DNA of 64,000 nucleotides, from contig DASUFO010000022.1 of NCBI GenBank assembly GCA_036274475.1, positions 56,295 to 120,294 on the forward strand, in the 5' to 3' direction. Position 1 is the first letter of the stretch, and each line of letters begins with the position of its first letter. The notes under the pieces were generated by a model. That model did no database searches. It saw only the letters and a list, made by a program, of their open reading frames with translations, and was not told where the DNA came from. This stretch comes from Candidatus Limnocylindrales bacterium (lineage in GTDB: Bacteria > Chloroflexota > Limnocylindria > Limnocylindrales > CSP1-4). Of the stretch, positions 1-8,817 are shown in pieces. The position numbers and the translations under genes were made by a program.

Positions 1-1767
1 AACGTCTACGTCGTGCGCTCCGGGCGCGACGCGATCCTGATCGACATCGGGAGCGGCGACGTCCTCGACTGTCTCGCGGATCTCGGCGTCGATCGCGTGA
101 CCGATGTCCTGCTCACCCACTTCCACCGCGACGTCGCTGCCGGCGCCAGCCGGGCGCGCGATGCCGGCGCTCGGGTCTGGGTCCCGCCGACGGAGCGGGA
201 CCTCATCGCCGCCGCCGACGACCACTGGCAGATGCGCTCGCTCGACAACATCTACGACCTGCGCGAGGACCGGTTCACGATCCTCGAGTCGGCGGCGATC
301 GATGGCGTCGTCGAGCCGTATCGGACGCGGCGCTTCGGCGGCGTGGACGTCCTGACGCTGCCGACGCCCGGCCACACGCCGGGCTCCGTCAGCTACCTGA
401 TCGAGGTCGACGGCCGGCGGCTCGCGTTCACGGGCGACCTGATCGCCGCACCGGGCAAGGTGCCCTCGCTCGCGGCGACGCAGTGGACGTACACGGGCAT
501 CGAGGGCCTCGGGTCCACGATCCTGTCCGGGCTCGATCTCGTCGACCAGGCCCCGGATCGGCTGCTGCCGGCCCACGGCGGGCCGATCGACGACCCGAAC
601 GCCGCGATCACGCTGCTCAACGAGCGACTCCAGGCGCTGATCGACCTCCGGAGCCCGGAGTGGCAGCTCGCCAGGCTCCGGGCGACGCCGTACCTCGAGA
701 TCTCGGCCCACCTGCTGCGCAACCGGACGAGCGTCTCGAACTCGTATGCCCTGCTGTCCGAGTCGGGTGCGGCGTTGCTGATCGACTTCGGCTACGACTT
801 CACGACGGGACTGCCGGCCGGCGAGGACCGCTCGTCGCGCGTTCCGTGGCTGGAGACGATCCCCGCCCTCAAGCGCCTCCATGGCATCGACCGGGTCGAA
901 GCGGCGATCCCGACCCACTACCACGACGACCACGTCGCGGGCTTCAACCTGCTCCGGGAGATCGAAGGGACCCAGGTCTGGGCGCCCGAGAACATGGTCC
1001 CGATGCTCCAGGACCCGCACCGGTTCGACCTGCCGTGCCTCTGGTACGACCCCATCCCGGTTGACCGGCAGCTGGCGTTTGGCCGCTCGTTCTCGTGGCA
1101 CGAGTACGAGATCACGGTGCACCCGCTGCCGGGCCACACGCTCTACGCCGCCGCGATCGAGTTCGAGGTCGACGGCCGCCGCGTCGTGGCCACGGGCGAT
1201 CAGCAGGATGGCCGCTGGGTCGCCGGCGAGACGGTGGAGCAGCTGAACTACCAGTACCGGAACGGCTTCCGGTTCGACGACTTCGCTGAGAGCGCCGCGC
1301 TGTACCACCGCCTCCAGCCGGACCTCCTGATCAGCGGTCACTGGCTGCCGCGGCCCGTTACGCCGGAATACCTCGACCACCTCGCGTGGGCCGGCGCCGA
1401 GGTCGCCCGGCTGCATCGCGAGCTGTTGCCGCTCGACGACGTCGACTTCGGGGCGGGCGGGTTCGGAGCGCGGATCGAGCCGTACCGGTCCGACGTCGCG
1501 CCCGGCGCCTCCCTCGACGTCGAGGTGACGGTCCGCAACCCGTTCCATCGGCCGGACGAGGCGACGGTGTCGTTCGTCGTCCCCGCGGGATGGGCGGTGG
1601 AGCCCGCGGCCCGGGAAGTGCCGCTCGAGGCGAGCGGCGAGGCGACGGTCCGGTTCCGTGTCCGGGCCGGTGACGTTCCGGTTCGACGTGCTCGGATCGC
1701 CGCGGACCTGACCGTTGGCGGGCAGCGGTTCGGTCAGCAGGCCGAGGCGCTCGTGACGGTACGGTGA
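1..1767 (+). CDS. Tandem metallo-beta-lactamase-fold hydrolase with C-terminal beta-sandwich (NEW3/NPCBM-associated-like) domain. The 5' end runs off the window.
   Basis: Frame is open from base 1 (NVYVV precedes the listed GTG at 13). Two MBL signatures, HFHRDVAAG and THYHDDHVAG, are each followed by a PGHTPG / LPGHTLY motif. The C-terminal block LDVEVTVRNP..VSFVVPAGWAVEP looks Ig-like. The stop overlaps the next start (GTGA at 1764-1767). Confidence 0.8.
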   Translation, partial: NVYVVRSGRDAILIDIGSGDVLDCLADLGVDRVTDVLLTHFHRDVAAGASRARDAGARVWVPPTERDLIAAADDHWQMRSLDNIYDLREDRFTILESAAIDGVVEPYRTRRFGGVDVLTLPTPGHTPGSVSYLIEVDGRRLAFTGDLIAAPGKVPSLAATQWTYTGIEGLGSTILSGLDLVDQAPDRLLPAHGGPIDDPNAAITLLNERLQALIDLRSPEWQLARLRATPYLEISAHLLRNRTSVSNSYALLSESGAALLIDFGYDFTTGLPAGEDRSSRVPWLETIPALKRLHGIDRVEAAIPTHYHDDHVAGFNLLREIEGTQVWAPENMVPMLQDPHRFDLPCLWYDPIPVDRQLAFGRSFSWHEYEITVHPLPGHTLYAAAIEFEVDGRRVVATGDQQDGRWVAGETVEQLNYQYRNGFRFDDFAESAALYHRLQPDLLISGHWLPRPVTPEYLDHLAWAGAEVARLHRELLPLDDVDFGAGGFGARIEPYRSDVAPGASLDVEVTVRNPFHRPDEATVSFVVPAGWAVEPAAREVPLEASGEATVRFRVRAGDVPVRRARIAADLTVGGQRFGQQAEALVTVR

Positions 1768-3569
1768 GGATTCGTCGCGAGGCGGCCGAGCTGATCCTCG
1801 AGGGGCGCTGGTACCGGCTCCGCGTCCCGGATCACAGGGGTGTGGCGTGGCTCGAGGACGAGGCCGGTCGATGGGCCGAACTGCGGCTGCTCGCGTCGGT
1901 CGACGGCCTCGACGGCGTTGACGAGACGCTCGAGTTCGGCGAAGCCGAGGTCGGCGAGGCCGCGGTCGAGGACGCCCGCGGCGGGGCACGGGCGACATGG
2001 CGCCTGACGTCGAGCCGCTGGGCGGCGAAGCGGCTGGTGCTCGAAGCGGACGACGAGCGCCTCGCGTTCCACGTCGAGGTCGAGGGCCGCGGCCCGGTGA
2101 CGGACGTTTCGTTGCTGTTCGGCCGGACGGTGATGCCGCGGCGGACGGGCACGCTGATGAGCGGCGCGTGGTTCGAGTCGATCGTCTGCGCCTCGCCGAC
2201 CGACCCGGGGCGGATCGTCCGGCCCGCGTCGGAGTCGGCGGTGATCGGCGTCGTCTCCGGCTCGGAGCCCGGTCGCGGCAACTGGTTCTTCACCCCGGGA
2301 CCGTTCGTGTATGCCGCGAATCGGGCCGCGGCCGACGAGCCCGTTCGGCTGCCCGACGGCTCCTGGCTGTGGTTCGGCCTGCGGGCCCGCGGCGGCGAGG
2401 CGGGCTTCACGGGGTTCGCCTACCGGGCCCTCGATCGCGGCTTCGGCTTCACGCTCGATTACGAGGGCAAGGCCGCGGTCGATGGCGCGTGGCGGTCACC
2501 CGCGGTCGCGATCGGCCGGGCCGCCGATCCGTATGCCGCCATCGACGCATGGCGGTCGGACGTCGTGGCATGGGCGGGTGGCGCGACCGGGCCCCCGCGG
2601 CGCGACGGGCCAACGTGGTGGCGCCAGCCGATCTTCTGCGGCTGGGGCGCGCAGGGGGCGCTGGCGACTGCCGACGGAGAGCCGCTCGCCCGGGCGCCCC
2701 TCCGGGCGACCCAGGCGAACTACGACGGCTTCCTCGCGGAGCTGACCCAGCATGGCATCCGTCCCGGAACGATCGTCCTCGACGACAAGTGGCAAGCCGC
2801 GTACGGGACGTGCGAACCGGACCCCGGCCGCTGGCCGAATCTCGGCGGCTGGATCGCCGGGCGCCGCGCGGCAGGTCAGCGCGTCCTGCTCTGGTACAAG
2901 GCCTGGGACGCGGAGGGCGTCGACGCCGCCGCCTGCATTCGGACCATGTCCGGCGTGCCGCTCGGCCTCGACCCGACGAGCCCGGCGGGTGAGGCGGCCG
3001 TCCGCTCGGCGGTCGCCCGGATGCTCGGGCCGGCGCCGGGGGGCCTCGCCGCGGACGGGCTGAAGATCGATTTCACGGCGGCCACGCCGAGCGGCGTCGC
3101 GACACGGTACGGCGAGGGCGGCGGCGGCCCGTGGGGCGTGGACCTCTTGCGGCGCCTGCTCGACATCGTCGCCGACGAGGCGCGACGCCTGAACCCCGAA
3201 GCGCTGCTCGTCGGCCACACGCCGAACCCGATCGTCGCCTCGGCCGTCGACATGCTCCGGCTCAACGACACGCTCCGCCTCGACGATCCGCGGCCGGTCG
3301 TCGACGTCGTTCCCCAGATGACGCATCGCGCCGCCGTCGTTCGCGCCGCCTGCCCCGATCACCTCGTCGACACCGACGACTGGTGCGCCCCGAGCCTCGC
3401 CGGCTGGCGTGCCTACGCCGAGACGAAGCCCAGCCTCGGCGTGCCGGCGCTCTACTACACGACCTCGCTCGACCTCACCGGCGAACGCTTCCAGGCCGCG
3501 GACTACGAGCTCATCCGCCGAACGTGGGCGGAGTATCGGCTGCGCGAGGGGCTTCGCGAACCGGGCTAG
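1764..3569 (+). CDS. Putative glycoside hydrolase with a clan GH-D-like TIM barrel (GH27/31/36-like). Specificity unknown.
   Basis: 601-aa ORF with good GC3. An N-terminal beta-sandwich-like region is followed by IVLDDKWQAAYG, RWPNLGGWI, RVLLWYKAW and ADGLKIDF, the spacing pattern of alpha-galactosidase-type barrels. Translationally coupled to the MBL gene. Confidence 0.6.
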   Translation: MRIRREAAELILEGRWYRLRVPDHRGVAWLEDEAGRWAELRLLASVDGLDGVDETLEFGEAEVGEAAVEDARGGARATWRLTSSRWAAKRLVLEADDERLAFHVEVEGRGPVTDVSLLFGRTVMPRRTGTLMSGAWFESIVCASPTDPGRIVRPASESAVIGVVSGSEPGRGNWFFTPGPFVYAANRAAADEPVRLPDGSWLWFGLRARGGEAGFTGFAYRALDRGFGFTLDYEGKAAVDGAWRSPAVAIGRAADPYAAIDAWRSDVVAWAGGATGPPRRDGPTWWRQPIFCGWGAQGALATADGEPLARAPLRATQANYDGFLAELTQHGIRPGTIVLDDKWQAAYGTCEPDPGRWPNLGGWIAGRRAAGQRVLLWYKAWDAEGVDAAACIRTMSGVPLGLDPTSPAGEAAVRSAVARMLGPAPGGLAADGLKIDFTAATPSGVATRYGEGGGGPWGVDLLRRLLDIVADEARRLNPEALLVGHTPNPIVASAVDMLRLNDTLRLDDPRPVVDVVPQMTHRAAVVRAACPDHLVDTDDWCAPSLAGWRAYAETKPSLGVPALYYTTSLDLTGERFQAADYELIRRTWAEYRLREGLREPG

Positions 3570-3582
3570 CTCGAGCCGGGGT

Positions 3583-4536
3583 TCAGCCCTTGCTGCCGGT
3601 CGTCGCGATGCCCTCGATGAAGTACCGCTGGGCAAGGAAGAACACGACGATCATCGGGATCGTCACGATCACGCTCGCCGCCATCACGAGCTGGAACTCG
3701 CCCTGTCCGCCGATCTGCGGGTTGAACCGGTCGACGAGCGCCTTGAGGCCCTGGGGCAGCGTGAAGAGGGCGATGTCACGCATGAAGATCAGCGGCTTCA
3801 TCAGGTCGGTCCAGCTCGCCTTGAGCTCGAAGATGAAGACGACGATCAATGCGGCCCGGGTCAGCGGCAGGGCGACGCTCCAGAACATCCGGGGATAGCT
3901 CGCGCCGTCGACCCGGGCCGCCTCGAACGTCTCCCGTGGCAATCCGAGGAAGAACTGCCGCAAGAGGAAGATGTAGAACGCGGAGCCGAACAGGTTGCCG
4001 GCCCAGAGCGGGGTGAAGAGCGGCGAGTTCACCTGGCCCAGCGCGTTCCAGATGAGGAAGTTCGGGATCATCACGACCGCGCCCGGCAGCATCATGCTCG
4101 CGAGGACCAGCCCGAAGAGGATGTTCCGGCCGGGGAAGCGGAAGTATGCGAACCCGAACGCGACGAGCGCCGAGCTGATCGTCACGGCCGTCGCGGCGAG
4201 CAGCCCCACGACGACGCTGTTGAAGAACCAGCTCGCGACGGGAGCGATCTGGAAGACCTGAGCGTAGTTGTCGAACTGGAGCGGGAACGCGAACAGCTCC
4301 GGGGAGAAGACTTCCTGGCGCGTCTTCAACGACGCGCTGATGAGCCAGACAAACGGGAACACGAAGATCAACGTCGCGCCGAACAGGAGGACGTAGAACA
4401 CGATCCTCGAGACGAGCCGGCTGGGCCGGTGCTGCTCCAGCTCTCGCTCGGCGGTGAGCGTGGTCGTCGCTGCGGTCGTCGACGTGACCGGCGCGCTCGG
4501 TGGTGCCCCGCCGACGCCCTGCTGCTGAAGCGTCAT
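3583..4536 (-). CDS. Carbohydrate ABC transporter permease (MalG-like)
   Basis: The internal ATG at 4536 overlaps the upstream stop (ATGA at 4533-4536). The listed 463-aa ORF has an Arg/His-rich, non-protein-like N-terminal extension. EAA loop: FEAARVDGASYPRMFWSVALPL. Multiple hydrophobic helices. Confidence 0.9.
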   Translation of the reverse strand: MTLQQQGVGGAPPSAPVTSTTAATTTLTAERELEQHRPSRLVSRIVFYVLLFGATLIFVFPFVWLISASLKTRQEVFSPELFAFPLQFDNYAQVFQIAPVASWFFNSVVVGLLAATAVTISSALVAFGFAYFRFPGRNILFGLVLASMMLPGAVVMIPNFLIWNALGQVNSPLFTPLWAGNLFGSAFYIFLLRQFFLGLPRETFEAARVDGASYPRMFWSVALPLTRAALIVVFIFELKASWTDLMKPLIFMRDIALFTLPQGLKALVDRFNPQIGGQGEFQLVMAASVIVTIPMIVVFFLAQRYFIEGIATTGSKG

Positions 4537-5462
4537 TTGTCGTCCCCGGCGTAGAAGACGAACCGATCGCTGAGGCGGATCTGGATGAACGTGATGATCA
4601 GGATGATCACGAACAGCACCCAGGCCATCGCCGACGCATACCCGAAGTCGAGATCCTTGAACGCCTTCTGGAACAGGTAGATCACGTAGAAGAGCGCCGA
4701 GCTCTGGCCGGGCCCGCTCCGGGCACCGAAGAACATCGTGAAGACCTCGGCGAAGATCTGGAGCGCCGCAATCGTGTTGACGATGACCGTGAAGAAGATC
4801 GCGCCGCTGATGAACGGCAGCGTGATGCTCCTGAACTGTTGCCAGGCGTTCGCGCCGTCGATGCGCGCCGCCTCGTACAGCTCCAGCGGGACGTTGCGCA
4901 GGGCGGCGAAGTAGATGACCACCGTGCTGCCGAGCGTCCAGAGCGACATGATCACGATGCCCGGCTTGACCCATTGCGGATCCGTCAGCCAGTTGGGTCC
5001 ATCGATTCCGAAGATTCCGAGGACCTGGTTCACGAGGCCGTTGCCGGCGAGGAGCAGCAGGAACAGCGTCCCGATCGCGACGGCCGGCGTGAGGCTCGGC
5101 AGGTAGTAGGCGGTCCGGAAGAACCCCGCAGCCCGACCGACCCGCAGCAGCAGCATTGCCAGGCCCAGCGAGATCAGGATCACGCCCGGCACGTGGAGCA
5201 CCGCGAAGTACGCCGTGTTGGCCAGGGCCAGCGGGATCCTGCGATCCCGGAGCATCGCCTCGTAGTTATCGAGGCCGACGAACTCCGGCGGCTTGATGAC
5301 GTTGTACTCGGTGAACGAGATGAAGAGCGAGGCGAGCATCGGCCCCGCGGTGAAGATGACGAAGCCGATGATCCACGGCGACAGGAAGATCAGCGCCCAG
5401 CGCGTCTCTTCACTGAGACGCCACCGTCTTCGGCTCGGTAGGGTTGCGCCGGCCGTCGTCAT
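4533..5462 (-). CDS. Carbohydrate ABC transporter permease (MalF-like)
   Basis: 309 aa, six predicted helices. EAA loop: LYEAARIDGANAWQQFRSITLPF. Confidence 0.9.
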   Translation of the reverse strand: MTTAGATLPSRRRWRLSEETRWALIFLSPWIIGFVIFTAGPMLASLFISFTEYNVIKPPEFVGLDNYEAMLRDRRIPLALANTAYFAVLHVPGVILISLGLAMLLLRVGRAAGFFRTAYYLPSLTPAVAIGTLFLLLLAGNGLVNQVLGIFGIDGPNWLTDPQWVKPGIVIMSLWTLGSTVVIYFAALRNVPLELYEAARIDGANAWQQFRSITLPFISGAIFFTVIVNTIAALQIFAEVFTMFFGARSGPGQSSALFYVIYLFQKAFKDLDFGYASAMAWVLFVIILIITFIQIRLSDRFVFYAGDDK

Positions 5463-5516
5463 CCCTCGGGTTCCTCCCGGGGCCGCCCTCGCACGAGGAC
5501 GGCCCCTAACGGTCCA

Positions 5517-6992
5517 CTACTGCGCGTCGTCGATGGCCTGCTGCGCCTCCTGGTCCGCCTGACCAAGCGCGTCCGCTGCGGGAACGCCTTCGTTCATGAC
5601 GCGCTCCGCGGCATCGCGCCAGATGCGGTCGAACTGCTCGGCCGCGGCGATCGGAGGCACGGAGAACGCGGCGTCCGAGGTCTCCTGGACCAGCTGGACG
5701 CCCGGCAGGTAGCTGCCCGCGGTCTCTTCGGTGACCAGCTCGCCGAAGATCCGGTCGTCGGCGGCCTTGTTGCCGGTGAAGACGCCCGTGAATGGGGCGC
5801 CGTCGGCAGCGCGCTTGTCGGCGCGGGTCTTCGCGGCCTCGAACCAGACGTCGGGCGAGGTGACTTCCTTGACGAACTCACAAGCCGCGTCCTTGTTCTT
5901 CGCGGACGACGGGATCGCCCACGCCGCGCCGCCGGACATGCTGATGTTGTTGCCCTGGCGATCCTTGAACGGGACGAAGCTGATCTTCTCGTCCGGCGTG
6001 TTCTCGGCCAGGACGTTCAGGTACCACTGCTCCATCGGGAAGGCGCCGAGCGTATCCGCGGCGAACTGGTTGTCGGGACCGAAGAAGTCGACGCCTCCCG
6101 GGCCGTTGCCCCGGAAGTCGAAGAAGTCCGACGCGTTGCCGTGGGCCTTGATCAGTGAGACCGCGAAGTCCAGCGCCTCGGCGACCTTGGGATCCTCGAG
6201 CTGCGACGTCTTGCCGTCGTCCGAGACGATGCTCGCGCCGTTGGCCTTGGCCCACAGCGGGAGGAACTCGGGCAGCTTCGGGTCGAACCCGATCCGGGTG
6301 ATCTTGTCGCCGTCCTTCTTCAGCATCTTCTCGTTGTCGGCCTTGAGCTTGTCCCAGTCGCTCGTGTCGATGTCTTCGGGCGTCAGTCCCGCTTCCTCGA
6401 CGACCGAGTCGTTCACGAGGATGATGCGGCTGTCATAGGAGTCCGGGATCCCGTAGACGGAGCCGTTCATCGTGACGCCGGCGACGGCCGGTTCGCGGTA
6501 CTGGCTCATGTCGATCGCGTGGCTGCTGATGCAGTCGTCGAGCGGGTCGAGCGCGCCCTGGGCGATGTACGTGCCCATGATCAGGCGGTCCATTCGGACG
6601 ACGTCCGGCGGATTGCCGGCCGCGACCGAGGTCAGGAACTGCTGGGCATCGAAGTCGGCTTCGGTGAACGTCATGCTGACATCCGGATTCGCCTCCGCGA
6701 ACGCGTTGTAGCGGACGTAGGCGATCTCGTCAGCAACGCCCTCCTGCGACTGATCCGGCTCGCACGGAGCCGGTTTGCAGCCGTACTTCGCGCCGACGAG
6801 CAGGTCGCCGGTCGCGCCGCCGGCGGCGCCGCTGCCGGCTGGCTGGCTTCCGCCTGGCGCGCCTGACGCGGCTGGTGGGGCGCTCGCGCCCGTGCCGCCG
6901 CTGGTCGCAGGCGTCTGGTTGCTGCTGCCGCACGAGGCACCGACGAGGGCCACGAGCATCACGATGACAAGGGGCAGTGAACGACGTGGCAT
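5517..6992 (-). CDS. Extracellular sugar-binding lipoprotein of the ABC importer
   Basis: The ATG at 6992 is preceded by GGAGGAG. Signal peptide plus lipobox: MPRRSLPLVIVMLVALVGASCGSS. A Gly/Ala/Ser linker precedes a family-1 solute-binding-like body. Confidence 0.85.
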   Translation of the reverse strand: MPRRSLPLVIVMLVALVGASCGSSNQTPATSGGTGASAPPAASGAPGGSQPAGSGAAGGATGDLLVGAKYGCKPAPCEPDQSQEGVADEIAYVRYNAFAEANPDVSMTFTEADFDAQQFLTSVAAGNPPDVVRMDRLIMGTYIAQGALDPLDDCISSHAIDMSQYREPAVAGVTMNGSVYGIPDSYDSRIILVNDSVVEEAGLTPEDIDTSDWDKLKADNEKMLKKDGDKITRIGFDPKLPEFLPLWAKANGASIVSDDGKTSQLEDPKVAEALDFAVSLIKAHGNASDFFDFRGNGPGGVDFFGPDNQFAADTLGAFPMEQWYLNVLAENTPDEKISFVPFKDRQGNNISMSGGAAWAIPSSAKNKDAACEFVKEVTSPDVWFEAAKTRADKRAADGAPFTGVFTGNKAADDRIFGELVTEETAGSYLPGVQLVQETSDAAFSVPPIAAAEQFDRIWRDAAERVMNEGVPAADALGQADQEAQQAIDDAQ

Positions 6993-7177
6993 TCCGGCTC
7001 CTCCATGCAAAAACGCAGCCGGACGGCAAGGCGACCCGGCGCGTTGGCGCATCACCGCACCGCGGCCGGGTACGTTTCAATGCGACCCGCGGACGGGGCA
7101 TTGGATTCTCGTTACAAAGCCCTGTCGGCCGGACGCCGAGTCACTTCTTCGGCCGGGTCGGCCACAATGGCGCCCAG

Positions 7178-8227
7178 ATGGCCCACCTGCCCACGGATCC
7201 CTCGCCGCCATCGGAACGCATCGTTCTCGGACTGGACGTGGGCGGGACCAAGCTCGCCGCCGGCGTCGTCACGGGCGAGGGCCGCGTCCTCTCGAGCGTG
7301 ACCGCGCCGAGCGAGGCCCACCAGGGGCCGGCGGCGATGATCGCGCGGCACATCGAGCTCGGCCGCCAGGCCGTCTCCGACTCCGGCCTGGGCCGGGACG
7401 CCATCGACGCGATCGGCATCGCCTGCGGCGGACCGCTGGACTCCGCGTCGGGCGTCATCCAGTCGCCCCCGAATCTCCCCGGCTGGGACGAGATCCCGCT
7501 CGTTCGCATGGTGAGCGACGCCCTGGACTGCGAAACCTTCGTCGACAACGACGCGACCGCGGGCGCGCTCGCCGAATGGTGGTTCGGCGCCGGTCGGACG
7601 AGGCGCGTTCGGCACCTCGTGTACCTGACGATCTCGACCGGTGTCGGCGGCGGGCTCATTCTCGACGGGCAGGTGTATCGCGGCGCCGCGGGCAATGCCG
7701 GCGAGCTTGGCCATTTGACGGTCGACTACCGCGGCCGGGAGTGCGGTTGCGGCCGGCGGGGCTGCCTGGAGGCGTACGCGTCGGGCACGAACATCGCGGC
7801 GCGCGCTCGCGAAGCGCTCGAAGCGGGCGACGAGCCGTCGTCGCTCCGATCGATCACCCGGGTGACCGCCCGCGACGTGGCTGACGCGGCGCGGGCCGGC
7901 GATGGCCTGGCAAGCGCGGTCTGGGACGAGACGACGGCGATCCTCGGCTCCGCGGTCGCCAACATCCTCGACGTCTTCAACCCGGAGCTCGTCGTGCTCG
8001 GCGGCGGCGTGACCCGCGCCGGCGCGATCCTGCTCGAACCGGTGCGCGCTCAGGGGCTCGCCCTTGCGATGGGCCCGGCCCGGCGGTCCGCGGACGTGGT
8101 GCTCGCCGAGCTCGGCGATGACCTCGGCGTCGTCAGCGCGGCCTCGGTCGCTCTGGATCGACTCTCGGACGGCAGGGCGGGGCGGCAGGCGCGACGCGAC
8201 GAGGCCGCGATCGCGGTGGACGCATGA
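7178..8227 (+). CDS. ROK-family sugar kinase (no N-terminal HTH)
   Basis: Internal ATG at 7178. Motifs: LGLDVGGTKLAAGVV, GELGH and the zinc motif CGCGRRGCLEAY. Confidence 0.85.
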   Translation: MAHLPTDPSPPSERIVLGLDVGGTKLAAGVVTGEGRVLSSVTAPSEAHQGPAAMIARHIELGRQAVSDSGLGRDAIDAIGIACGGPLDSASGVIQSPPNLPGWDEIPLVRMVSDALDCETFVDNDATAGALAEWWFGAGRTRRVRHLVYLTISTGVGGGLILDGQVYRGAAGNAGELGHLTVDYRGRECGCGRRGCLEAYASGTNIAARAREALEAGDEPSSLRSITRVTARDVADAARAGDGLASAVWDETTAILGSAVANILDVFNPELVVLGGGVTRAGAILLEPVRAQGLALAMGPARRSADVVLAELGDDLGVVSAASVALDRLSDGRAGRQARRDEAAIAVDA

Positions 8228-8817
8228 CCAGGTCCGGCGCCGGGTCCGCCGACGACGCGCTCGCGGAGCACCGGGCGACGCTCGACTCGGTCGCGCCGCT
8301 GCTTCCCGCGATCGCCAACCTCGCAGCCCGGGCGTGCACGGCGTTCGAGTCGGGTGGCCGGCTGTACGCGTTCGGCAACGGCGGCAGCGCCGCCGACGCC
8401 CAGCACCTCGCGGGTGAGCTGATCGGCCGGTATCTGCGGAATCGCCGGCCGCTGCCCGCGGTGTCGCTCTCCGTCGACCCGTCGGTGCTGACGTGCATCT
8501 CGAACGACTATTCGTACGACGACGTCTTCGCCCGCCAGGTGGATGCGCTGGCCCGGCCCGGCGACTTCGTCGTGGGGTTCACGACGTCAGGCCGGTCGCC
8601 GAACGTGGTCCGGGGCCTCGCGGCCGGGCGGGCGGCAGGCGCGACGACGGTGCTGTTCGGCGGCGGCGACGGCGGCGCAGCGGCTGCGGAGTCCGATATC
8701 GCGATCCTCGTCCCGTCCACGACGACGGCCCGCGTCCAGGAGATGCACGTCCTGTTGCTCCACGCCTTCAGCGACGCGGTCGACGCCTGGGCGGCAGGTG
8801 ACGGCGCCGGTGACTAG
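8224..8817 (+). CDS. SIS-domain sugar-phosphate isomerase (GmhA-like)
   Basis: Motifs: LYAFGNGGSAADAQHLAGEL and GFTTSGRSPNV. ATGA overlap with the ROK stop. Confidence 0.8.
   Translation: MTRSGAGSADDALAEHRATLDSVAPLLPAIANLAARACTAFESGGRLYAFGNGGSAADAQHLAGELIGRYLRNRRPLPAVSLSVDPSVLTCISNDYSYDDVFARQVDALARPGDFVVGFTTSGRSPNVVRGLAAGRAAGATTVLFGGGDGGAAAAESDIAILVPSTTTARVQEMHVLLLHAFSDAVDAWAAGDGAGD

Noticed and set aside
8543-8809. N-terminal extensions of listed ORFs. Examples: 8543 for GH38, 12651 for the unknown enzyme, 41948 for the lipoprotein, 58461 for clpB, 19116 for the aldolase, 22121..23593 for GH4 and 3583..4974 for the permease.
   Set aside because: The extensions overlap the preceding genes in another frame and translate to Arg/Ser/Pro-rich sequence. 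Internal starts coincide with ATGA/GTGA overlaps, Shine-Dalgarno sites, or the expected N-termini of the families.
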